Source of the DNA: Trypanosoma brucei
Taxonomy: Eukaryota
Direction: 5' to 3'
NCBI GenBank assembly: GCA_000002445.1
Contig: AL929603.2
Span: forward strand, 128,001 to 192,000
Length of the DNA: 64,000 bases
The position numbers and the translations under genes are program-made. This document shows, piece by piece, positions 45,017 through 56,800 of the stretch; the stretch's first letter is position 1; every line of letters begins with the position of its first letter. Below the pieces are notes generated by a model. That model saw only the letters and a program-made list of their open reading frames with translations, searched no databases and was not told the origin of the DNA.

Positions 45017-46089
45017 TATAACAAAAAGGATCCCACGGAAAACGATTTACCAATACCAGGTGTACCAACAAGAACATTGGATGCCCGGTCGATATTCAGC
45101 TTGCCCATAAGCCACTGGTTAAGCCGTTCCTCAACCTTATGCCACACCCTCAGTGCTTCCCTACGGATATAAACGTCATCGTTAAAAACGTGATCCACTC
45201 CCTTCTTGTGATTAATATCATAATCCACTATGTCCGACAGGAAAAACGTGCACGGCCAACCCATTTGAGATGTAAGCACAGCAATCTCCAAGTTACCGTG
45301 ACGGGGAAGTGGTTCCTTCATAGTTTCCGGAGTGTGACTGACATCAACCTCCTCCTTCGTCCACATGTGCGGTGGCCTTCCATCGAACACTTTCATGCCA
45401 AGTCGCTCTGTATTATAACCCGACATCACATAACTCCATTTTGCATTATATATGGAATCATAAACATCTGGGAGTTCGGCACCACCGGCTGTTTGGGCAG
45501 CTCTCTCCCATACTTCCTTGGCGACCTCCAGTGCTCCATCCAACCTTCCCCTCGCCACGGGACCAACAAATTCCCTTATTTCCACTGTCCCCCTCCTTTC
45601 CCACTGCCGGAGATAGTAAATTTCCTTTTCGTCAAGGTAGTCTACCTTCTCAGACAGATCAATAGCTGTCTTCACTGTTTTAAACTCATTAGTGCCTTGT
45701 ATATCCTCAAGAATCTCGGCATCAACAATATATCTTCTGGGATTCTTAACAAAAATAGGCATCCTAACATTTTCTGCCTCAGCCACCGCAAAAGTCCCGC
45801 CAACGAACTCCTGAATAAAGTCGTTCACTGTCATTTTACGCAAACCCTCATACCGTTGCAGCAGCGCATCTTCCAGCAGCACATCCCTCACCTTACTATT
45901 CATTGTCCAATTGGGCCCCCCTTCATTTCCCTGGCGGATTTGTGGAGGCTGAGCAGCAGCAGCAGGAGGAGGAGGAGGCGGCGGTACATTTTCATCCCGT
46001 GGCCTCCTCATGGGCCCTTCAAAATTATCTGCCACTTGTTGATTTTCATTATTTCCTTGTGGAGCTGCGGGACTATTTGCTCTTGACAT
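43858..46089 (-). CDS. In-frame fusion ORF (743 aa): RHS N-terminal region incl. P-loop (46089..~45020) :: ingi-2 5' leader + 2A peptide (44752..44775) + AP endonuclease (to 43858)
   Basis: 'MSRANSPAAPQGNN...NVLVGTPGIGKSFSVGSFLLYTL|AMPATSTWCQGPVPRIIGG...MLLSGDVEENPGPSLRGMQWNCAG...'; ATG at 46089; junction at canonical hot spot. Confidence 0.8.
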   Translation of the reverse strand: MSRANSPAAPQGNNENQQVADNFEGPMRRPRDENVPPPPPPPAAAAQPPQIRQGNEGGPNWTMNSKVRDVLLEDALLQRYEGLRKMTVNDFIQEFVGGTFAVAEAENVRMPIFVKNPRRYIVDAEILEDIQGTNEFKTVKTAIDLSEKVDYLDEKEIYYLRQWERRGTVEIREFVGPVARGRLDGALEVAKEVWERAAQTAGGAELPDVYDSIYNAKWSYVMSGYNTERLGMKVFDGRPPHMWTKEEVDVSHTPETMKEPLPRHGNLEIAVLTSQMGWPCTFFLSDIVDYDINHKKGVDHVFNDDVYIRREALRVWHKVEERLNQWLMGKLNIDRASNVLVGTPGIGKSFSVGSFLLYTLAMPATSTWCQGPVPRIIGGSQEPAAFLSWGTLLCSGYGIIQHRDQQRLAGTPFFICRSLGTCQRAISSIIRTKMLLSGDVEENPGPSLRGMQWNCAGLSQGKRLALHKTLVDERIAFCLLSETRMTPGEAACFSVAGYQHHGIARNCKGGGVSILVREDLPVETGMAVIGRIEQVHATIHLARGTALTVTSAYIPPKHTFTATDLDTLLTTDGAQLIGADANAHALAWDRASPPNTKGETLTQWCIDNQFLVCNTGECTRYACHHGESTPDVTLSRNCTVYTWTSLYSPDSDHHHIFFDVIVGDDTDALSCPRLRKPMYAWLKANWRNFRLKVDELCRKIGREKNVNTLEQKLSSAIRIGHLRSRNSMKRSLDADPPAEGKSW

Positions 46090-49000
46090 AACTCTCTTAA
46101 TATTATTAACTTAACTTCCTTTCCTTTTCTTTTTTCTCTGAAATTATAAATAACTGAAGTAAAATAATAGATAAGAAAACAATAGCGGGTGAACAGTGTA
46201 ACATAATATCAAATGTGATAGAGCAAGATAATGTTTATTCACTATAGTTTGTATAATATGATATCATAATGTATTTGGTATTGAGAGGAACAATTCCAAA
46301 ATATGGCAGCTGTAAATAAATATTTCCCTTGCTTCATTATCATGTGCTAAATGTAATATATTCCTGTATCATTCTTTTTAAACCATATATAATATGGAAA
46401 CAAAAAATATTACTGCCTCATATACCTGCGTAAACACTTCGTATATATAATCAATATTTAAAGAGAGTCAAATTCTATTAATTAAAATCAAGTAAAACAA
46501 TAAACAAAAAATTTTATGGATATTAATGAAACGAAGAAAAAGAGTATCGGCACAACACATACATATACACACACAACTGCACAACTGTAAAAATGCTTCT
46601 TTGTATATCCTCTCCATTTTTACAATTCATAATATTCAGTTTCATTGATAAACTCATTGAAAATATAAATCACCTATCCCCTCCCCCGTGTATTCACTTA
46701 CTTCCGAAGGAGAATATTAAATAATGTCTGTAGGACAGGTAAAAAAAACTGATAGTCTTTTTGCATCAGATAACCAGAGAGTATTTCCGTTTACTTTCAT
46801 AATAAACAAAAACATTCTTTCACCATCAGTAGAAATAAAATTGAATTACTTGCCTACTCACTGTTCACAACTGTCAACAACTAATTCAGCGACACACATT
46901 CATATGAATCTTATGTGTCATCATTGTTTCATTCATTCACACATCTTCCATGATGGTGATGATACAACATATGAAAAATAATTGGAATAAAATTAACACA
47001 ATTAATTGAGGAAACCATGAAAGATTATTATAACATATCTTTTATTTTCCCTCCTTTCATTTACACAAATTAAATATGTAATGAGACAATTCCTTTTCAG
47101 TACGTGTCCACACTTATTGTATCATCATTGTAAGTTTCCTATTGCTCACATACACAAAGTTATTGGAATAACAAAAAAATAAAACAACACATCTAAACAA
47201 CTTGAAATAATATAACAAATAAAGGTAATAAAGAGAATGAGAGTGAGCTGACAGATAATAAAATGAAACACGTCTCGTACTTTCCTTCTAAATATTCAAT
47301 AGTTGGCGGATTACAAATAAAAACAATTACACATTATAGAAAGGAAGGGATATAATTACATTATACACCTGCATGTGGATATGTAACAGTAAGTCATAGT
47401 AGAAATGAATTGCCTAAACACAATAGTTATGGAAGATAAAATAATTCAAAATATCAATAATATTATTCTATCAACATTCCCTTCCTTCTCCATTAAGTTT
47501 CCAAATGGTTTCAAATAATAATTCACATAATTCCATACATATGTTACGATGGGCATTGCATGCAGTACAATTTAAAGGAAGTGTAACTCATATAACATTT
47601 TCAAAAAAAAAAGGTATTAAATGACTGTTTGCTACCATCAATTACATTTCCAATGCCTAATTACACTTTTATATGCATGAAAGAAGTTACTGATGATAAC
47701 TTTGACATGCTCGAGAATTCATAACACAAAGCGACAGCTGCATGCAATTAAAAATAAAACATAAAAATAACATCCGAATTCATTTACTGACAGATGAGTG
47801 CAATTCATTCACCCAAACTTCATAGCTGCAAACATAAACTCGTTGTTGCCGATAGGAAATAATCCCGCATAAATATTGAGTATCTGAAAATGATAGCAAC
47901 GGGTTTCCATTTTTGAAATATATACATAAACTACGTGAGGTATATGAAGCCATATTGGTAAAGTGTTACTACGCATGTTGCAATTTAATATCAGAAGTGT
48001 CTGCCTTATTTTATTTCTTGTGTTACTGTAACTCATGAGTATTATTCATTATTCTTTACAATACAACTGTAAGTCATTTTGCATTTTTACATATTTTCTT
48101 ATTCTCTCATACTGGAAGTATTCCACATATAAGATTCCTCAATATCGTTCACAAAATAAAAATAATTTTATTTACTTCTGCATTCAGTTTCTTGTGCAGC
48201 AGTGTGTACACTAATCATCCATAAAGTTTTTAATTTGCCAAATACATCATTACGAAACTATTTTCCACAAATAAACAAACAAACAAATCATTGGGACAAT
48301 ATCTTTGAGATATTTCCTTCACTATATTTGCAGTTCAGCAGTAATTAAAAGAAACATTTCTGTATAATTCAGCACATGGTGGAAATGCAAAGAAATGTGA
48401 TGGTACTTATAATCCATAAGTTCCCAATTTTCCTCATACGGTCTCCTTTCATGCCTTTACATCCATATATAATTCACAGAGAATTACTGCAATTTCTTTC
48501 ATATGCTTTCAGGATTCCATATGTCACAATACAAATAATATATATATATATATCCTCCTACATAATTTGGACAGAATATTGCTTAACATATAAATTATCA
48601 CAAACCTACGATATTACACTCTTCCTAAGAATAATAGAATCAAATTATTTCTATTTTGCATCATTACATGAAGCTTCGGAAAAGGAAAAAAAAAAAAGAA
48701 TAAAACAAAAGGTAATGTAAAGAACACAGTTTTTTAATACAGATTATAACTTGTTTGTGAATTTCAGATGCAAACACAAAATGTTCAAACAGGAAAACAG
48801 TAAAGGATAGTACTGGTGATGTAAGCACAAATTAACCAAAAATAGAAACATAAATAAAATTGAAACTTATAAAAACACAAATATATATGATACAAATATT
48901 TACCACATATTATAATTCGCCACCCTCACACTTGAATTACAAAGAGGACATAACACGCATATGTGGTAAAGCTAATACAACTCGAATATACGTATGCGCC

Positions 49001-52000
49001 ATCTCCTTAACATAATCATTCTAATATTTAGTATGTCTGTGTGTGTGTGTGTAGTGATGATGAAATGTAATCGGCAGTCCCTTGACTCGGAATGCGGTAT
49101 TAACATGTCTCAGATGTTAAGCACTGTTGCACTACAAAGGATGTCATTCGCCTTTTTTTTTCCTTTTTGCGCAAACAAAAAATAAAAAGAAGAATACAGG
49201 GGTTTTAGCGGATAACTAGCTTTTTGAATCGTAGGAATATATTATGAAGCTTGTACCGTAGTCTACTCAGTGTTTTTTTATTTTTTATTTTTTGACTTCT
49301 TCTGATTCTATCTATTTTTATCCATGTTTATAAATGATACTTTTTGTGAAAGTTATAACAAGAAACCAATCCGTATTTCCTGTCAATGTCCTCGTCAGTG
49401 CTAAATTTTCGCCATGGTGCCGCGGCAAAACAACTTTCTTATTTCATTGAGCAGTTATGCTTGCAGAAGAAAACAGGATGAAAATAATCAAGACCTCACC
49501 AACAGGGTCCAGACATCCTTCAAAAAAGAACGAACAAAGAAGTTAACCACACAACCCTTCTTACAAATGAGCGTCTGTCAATGTGCAAGAAAAAACAATG
49601 GCTCTTCGACTGCATGCAACACTAGAAACGATATCAGCGGCTTCAATCCCACAGTTAAAGTCACTTGACGAAACACTCCGCACATGAGACCTTTGCAAAG
49701 CAATGTATTTGCTATTTAAAAAGAAAACGCATTCCTTCACGTGCCGTTTCAACAAACTGCTAGCCTAGAACTAAGAGTATCAACACACACACAGGTGATA
49801 TCTACGCGTCGAATATTTGCTGCCCAGCTGACTCCAAACTCACAAAGAGGAAACCAGACGTAACCACTTACAGCCCAGCCGCTAGTGTCATTTAAGTACA
49901 TACAAATACACAACAGCAATCATTGTCACCCCACTAACTTTAGGTGCCGTTAAAAGCACATTTAACAAACGTGATGCCCGACTCCAATTGTGAAAGTCAC
50001 TTGTCACGCACCCGCCCCGCCCCCATCCCCACCAATTCTACAGGATGGTGGAAACGAAGCGGCAAAGGAGGAGCGGTGCGGCGCTGTTAAAATAGAGCAG
50101 CTGCGCATCAGTCGCGTTGATTTTGTGGAATGCGGAGAAACCACCAGTTGAGTTTCGAGAGAGGGATGCCTCCCACGGAGCCGTGACGGCAGAATATGAT
50201 GTAGACGTCGCGATTCTTTTTTTTTTTTTGTTTTGCTGCAACCCCCCGAAATGCGTTGAAACGCAAAGAACTACCGCCACCCCCAAAGCAAAAACGTTGG
50301 GGAGAAAAAGCGGAACAATGTGTGGGTTGTGGCGCTGAAACCGCAATTACCAACTGGCGGGGTGGATGGACCGCGACATGTGAGCGGGCAAGGGGAGGCA
50401 TCGCTGTTTGTGGAATGTGGGGAAATGTAAGAAAAGAGACCACTAAATATGATAACGATGTCAGAGCAGCGAATATGAGAAGCGTCCAATTCCGTTTAGA
50501 AACCCTGTCCGGAATTTCTGTCCGTAAAACAACAACTGGCAGCGCCAACGAATTAGGGACAGAGGGCTGCGGGGTGTGAGCAAAGAAGGAAACAACAATG
50601 GGCCACAACCACACCGAATCAGAAAGTCCACATAAAAGTAACCAAATACTCGCAGCTCAAACGCTCAAATGTTGGATACGCAGAAGGTGACACGACGGAA
50701 GGAATATTATCCAGCGCTTAGAAGCATGTCACCACCGCAACGACTCCTCAGAAACTGGACAGCTTCAAGTGTGGAGTGGCGGCTTACATATGAACGCAGT
50801 GAATGTCAAAGAAGGGGTGAAAGGCACAGCGGGAGGAATGGCAAAGCAAAAAAGGCAGGGGGGCGGTGCCAAGACTCCCGAGCAGCCATCCGCTAAAACC
50901 TACGGCATATGACATGTGTGGTATGGCCATCGCAGCGCAGGAGGAACTGTTGCAACGAATCAGACGTGACTGTTATGGGCCCGTCACTGCCTTCAGAGAC
51001 TTTTTCAAACTCAAGGAAAGAGCGGAATGCGACAGAGTGATGCTGACGTGTGCAGAAGTCTGAAGGCATTATATCAGCGAGGTCTGTGGTGACTAAAAGC
51101 CTGAGTTGGATGCATGGTTAGAAGAGTGGTGGATCCTGCGAATAGTTGAAAGTAGGGTGCCTGTACTTTATTTCTCATATACTCGTATGCTCCGTATACA
51201 AAATATAAATGAGAAATGGATCTCACAAACACGCCAGAGAAGTGGATGTGTTTCTTTGCAATGTCCAGACAATTCGCACTAAGACTCTTAAAGCTACTGG
51301 ACCGAAGGAACCTCACGACCGTGTGCAGCTGGCAAACGTGCGAAAATGGAGAGCTGGCCGGCATCTCACCCTCTACTCAGCAGTTGCTCCCAACTGGAAT
51401 ATCGGGGATTATGGATGGTGTGTAAAGCTCACCGTTTCGTGGATTCTTCTGAATAGCAATGGAATCTGAAGGTTAACTCAAAGAATTAAAATGTTGAACA
51501 GACCTGGTGACCCACGTGGTCTTTTTTGTGTAAAAAATGCCGGACTGCCTTACTGCATCCCTTCGCGTGCATGCAAACTGAGCACAACGCAATGTCTCCT
51601 TTATTATTTGAAGCATGAAAGCTCATGGATCATAGCCATGTGACAGAACGCCTTGATTACGTTAGACTGATAGGACCGCTGTGTATTTTTGTCGTTTATG
51701 TTGGGATGTGCATTTGATAGTAGCATCTGTTAATGTACAATCATTCTAGTGGATTCGGCACATTACAGTGATTTCTGTTGAGAGTTCCTTTCCCCCCTCA
51801 CTCCGAGTAGATGTGGGGTAACTGGTTTCCTTTCTGACGCTAACATGGTTTGCCAGCTCTGTTTGGCAAAGTTACGGTATCATCACGCACAGTTTCGCAA
51901 ATTGTCCGTAAAGCTGTTTTGAATCCATGTTGCGGTTGTCACGAATCAGAAAAATTATAACGGAGACGGGTCTGCAATAAGGCATTGTGAGTAAGCGGCA

Positions 52001-53720
52001 ATACTGCGTGTCAAGTAACGTCACATCATGATGATTACAGTGCTGCTTCACAACTTCAGCATAGGGGAATGGCGGAATCGTTTCAAATGCGGAACAAATA
52101 ATGAGAGTCCAAATCTCCCTCTTAAATTCCCGTGACCACATAAACTGTATGCAGGTGAAACATTTATCAAGGAAACTGTATTTACGAGACTTAATCTAAG
52201 GAGAGATTAGGAATGCAGATACTTCATGCCTTCATTGAACAGTCGTACATCAGACCTGTCAAATCCATTAAGTGACTGAGGAGTTAACCTATTTTAAGGT
52301 GTATGGACATGGAGACATGGTTAGAGCAACCAACAACCAGTATTCAGTATAGTTGGCTTATGTGAAACCAAAGCATATGCATCCGTGTATGTTCAACCTG
52401 ACAGCTTCGCTTACCCTTTTGTTAAGCTATAAGACACTCTTCCAGGTGTATGCAACAAAATACAGTTATGCGCGTGATCTTGCGAGTGAGGATGATAGTC
52501 TACAGGAAGCATGCGAAACAGGAAAAATATATTGAGCTGCTCTGAATCCATTTCATGCAGAATGTAAGAGCACAACCCGGCTGATATTTTCGTATTAACC
52601 AACATACTAAAGAATGATTTAAGAAGCAGGAAAAAGTTGATCCAAACTGCACTTGGCCTGGAGTTGTTTCCAATGCTCCTAGATAATATTGTGTATGCGT
52701 ATGGAGGTTCATTACTTTTTGAGGGAGTATGAAAAAGGATGATGGACAGAAACTGTTCGGAAGATGACAATATTTACCATTCTTTTTATTAGGTCGATAT
52801 CGTTTTTGTGATGCCTTAACGGTTTAGTATATATGAGTGCTTTACACTCGTTTTATTTGAACACAAATCACTGCATACACAAACACGAGTGCCAAGCTTC
52901 TTATAGAGATATTTCAATACCTGGAAAAAGGGACCGGGACGCAAAGTTTGGGAATGGAATTTCCCCGCCCGTAACGGTGATTATCTAAGACGCTCAATCA
53001 GCACATTTCCGCCTGTCCACAGTTAATCGGAAACCGTAGTGCCCATATGTCTCCCTAATTACTGTTGTCCCTTCAGTTTTCACAGTAGATGTTTCAATTG
53101 GTTTCTGTGGCCGAGGTAAATAAAGCGTATGTGTCATATCCTGGAGGTGTTTCCATGTGTCTTCGCTTTCCGTTTTGTCACTGCGTTTGGGCTCACGCAA
53201 TGACATTAATTGAAATTTCAGGCCACTACCATAGATGGGTGGCTCGTGGAGAGAGTGAGGATTGGGATTATTCTAACAGCTTTGTGGTTGTGTGTGCAGT
53301 GCTTTTGGAAAATATTGCAGCCAATGAAAGGGAAGGCAAGTGTCACCTTACTTTCCATGCTGCGACATCAATGCATCACGATTATATGCTAGTTGCCCTG
53401 AGAGGGAAGGCCGTGAAGGCGAAGGTTAGCTTCCGGTTTAAGGAAGTGTAGAGACTTCCTGATACTACTGTCAGAAACTACTGTTACTGCGTGCTTCAGG
53501 CACTGGGTCAGTAATTCATAAATACAACAACGAGAATAAAATTAATCCCTTGTGACTGCTAAGCGTGTAAGCAACTGAGAATAATAAACAGTATATTTTT
53601 GCCACACTTTATTGATTTCTTTATATATACAAAAAACCTCATTACATTTATCATTTCTTTTGTGCCCAAAGACTGCTGAATGAAGGTTAGGATTACTGAC
53701 CATAACACATTTTGGCATGC

Positions 53721-53763
53721 ACCTCAATTACTTCCTTATAACACTTCCCCCCCTCGTTTGATT
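53721..53763 (+). promoter_or_regulatory. Putative trans-splice acceptor: polypyrimidine tract followed by AG, ~80 nt upstream of LRRP ATG
   Basis: cttccttataacacttccccccctcgtttgattcatcgcttAG. Confidence 0.3.
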
Positions 53764-53844
53764 CATCGCTTAGCTCTATTATTAAAAAAGAAAAAGCATT
53801 TCCTCAACACTCAGCACCTCAAGGAATCGGAAACGGGAACTACA

Positions 53845-56800
53845 ATGTCAGGAAACCAAGGAAGAAAGCGACAGCGCAGCTCATCACCTGAGCAGTCAGA
53901 AGCTTTAAAGGAACCATCAACTACTGAACAAAATAAACTCACCACCATTACAATCACCGAAGAGACGCGTGACGCCAGTAATGATGAAACTGTGGTGTCG
54001 TTACTGAATGAGCATGAGAAATTGATTAAACAAACGACACGGCTGGAAAGCAGTGTGAAGGCACTTAGGTGTTTCATGAGTAATCTCACAGCTATGAGTG
54101 GCGAAAGGCAAGGTGGTGTGTGTGATGACACCGAATGCATACATAGAGTAACGTTATATAATGCTGCTGATAATGCCTTCAGTGACGAAGGACTATATGA
54201 AGGTGCTCTTTCCTCACTCTGTGGCCGCATTCAAGCTAAGAAATTAACCATCACGTTATCAAAAGGTTGGAAATTTAACTTAGAAGGAGTCAGTAAGCTA
54301 AAACAGTTGGAAGAGTTACGCATTGAATATCCGCGGGGCAAACTTGTGAATATGATATCTTTGAATAACCTTGATATGTTGAAAAGGCTTTGTCTCAGGA
54401 GCAACAATATTGACAACAATGATATTCACTGCATATTCAGTGTTGGAACACTGGAGGAGTTGGCTATTACTGACACCATGCAACTGACAAATATCAGAGG
54501 AATCTCTCGCTTAACTAACCTAAAGTGTCTTGAGTTAAATTCCACAGATATTGATGATAGCTGTATTGGGGAAATAAGTGCATGTGTTAAACTGTCCAAA
54601 CTGAGTGTATCTGAATGCAACAATATCACGGATGCAACCCCAATTTCACAACTTGCAGCGCTTGAAGAGTTGAATGTAAACAGCTGTTACCACATAACGA
54701 AGGGAATAGGAACACTTGGCATGTTGTTACGATTGCGTATGCTTGACTTGAGTGGTGTACCTGTGGAAGATAATTGTCTGAAGGATTTGTGTGACTGTGG
54801 ATCGCTTGAAAGGCTGAACCTTTCTTATTGTATTCAGCTGACAGATATCAATCCACTCTCCAGCGCCACTGCTATTGAGGAATTGAACCTTAACGGTTGT
54901 CGCCGAATAACACGAGGGATAGGCGTTGTGTGGGCATTACCAAAGCTCCGTGTATTGCACATGAAGGATGTGCAGTTGGAAGATTCAGTTATTGGTTCAC
55001 TAGGGAATGGTAACTCATTTGTAAGGCTCAGTCTTGAGAATTGCGCAGGCTTTGGTGATATGACACTCTTATCCAGCATTGTTACACTCGAGGAGCTGAA
55101 TATTCAAAAATGTGCTGACATCATTAGTGGTGTGGGTTGCCTTGGTACACTACCATACCTGCGTGTGCTTAACGTAAAGGAGGTACACATCTCGTCCCTT
55201 GACTTTACTGGTATTGGTGCCTCAAAATCCCTTTTACAGTTAACTCTGGAGAGTATCACGGGACTGATTGATGTGGAAGCACTCGCCAACATTTTGACTC
55301 TGGAAAAACTAAGCCTTCACGGCTGCACGGGTATTGACGCAGGAATTGGATGTCTCGGAAACCTGCCACAGCTTAAAATGTTGGACCTGTCTGGCACAAA
55401 TACCGACAATGAGTCTCTCAGAAGTTTATGCCTATCACAGACAATGGTGTCCCTCAACCTTTCCCATTGTTGGAAAATGACAAATGTGTCCCATATTTCA
55501 AGCCTCGAGGCATTGAATGAACTGAATTTGAACAACTGTTTTGGAATAAATGCAGGATGGGAAGCAATTGAAAAACTTCAGCAGCTACATGTGGCAATCC
55601 TCTCGAATACACATATTACTGATAGAGACATATCCCATTTCAGCAAGTGCAAAAACCTTGTTACGCTTGATCTTTCTTTCTGCAATAAGTTACTTGATGT
55701 TACAACTCTCTCTAACATCACTACGCTTGAGGAGTTGAATCTTGATAGTTGTTCAAACATCAGAAAAGGGCTGAGCGTTCTTGGAGAGTTGCCACGGCTT
55801 TGTGTGCTGAACATAAAGGGTGTAGAGTTGGAAGATTCAGTTATTGGTTCACTAGGGAATGGTAACTCATTTGTAAGGCTCAGTCTTGAGCATTGCAAAG
55901 GTTTCGGTGATGTCACGCCTCTCTCAAACCTTGTTACACTTGAGGAACTGAATCTCCACTACTGTGACAAAGTAACCTCTGGAATGGGAACACTGGGCAG
56001 GCTACTGCAGCTTCGTGTACTGGATTTGGGACGGACACAAGTTGATAATAATTCCCTTGAGAATATCTGCACAAGCTCAATCCCACTTGTGTTATTAAAT
56101 CTTTCGCATTGCAAGAAAATAACATCTATTTCTGCAATAGCTTCCCTTACAGCATTGGAGGAACTCAACATTGACAACTGCTGTAATGTAACATCCGGTT
56201 GGAATGTATTTGGCACACTTCACCAACTGCGTGTGGCCACACTGTCGAATACACGCATTAATGATGAAAACGTACGGTACGTTAGCGAGTGCAAGTCTTT
56301 GAATACACTCAACCTTGCGTTTTGCAAAGATATAACAGACGTCACAGCACTTTCTAAAATTACTATGCTTGAGGAGTTGAACCTTGATTGTTGCCATAAC
56401 ATCAGAAAAGGTATTGAAACTCTTGGAAAGCTTCCCAAGGCACGTATCCTAAGCATGAAGGAATGTTACATGGGAGACAGTGATGCGCAACAATGTTCCA
56501 TCCTTGGGAATAGTAAGTCACTTGTGAAACTGAATCTTGAGAGGTCAATGGGATTCATATCTGTGAAAGCTCTCTCTAACATTGCGACGCTGGAGGAACT
56601 GGTACTTGATCATGCACGGGAAGTATGTTGCATACCGTCATTTTCCTGTCTGCCGCGTCTTCGAGTACTGAATCTGAAATATACGGATATCAATGGTGAT
56701 GTAACTAAAAATATTTCCGAATCAAAATCGCTGCGATTACTCAACTTATCACATTGTAAATGGGTAACTGATATATCAGTATTATCTTCCCTATCGACAC

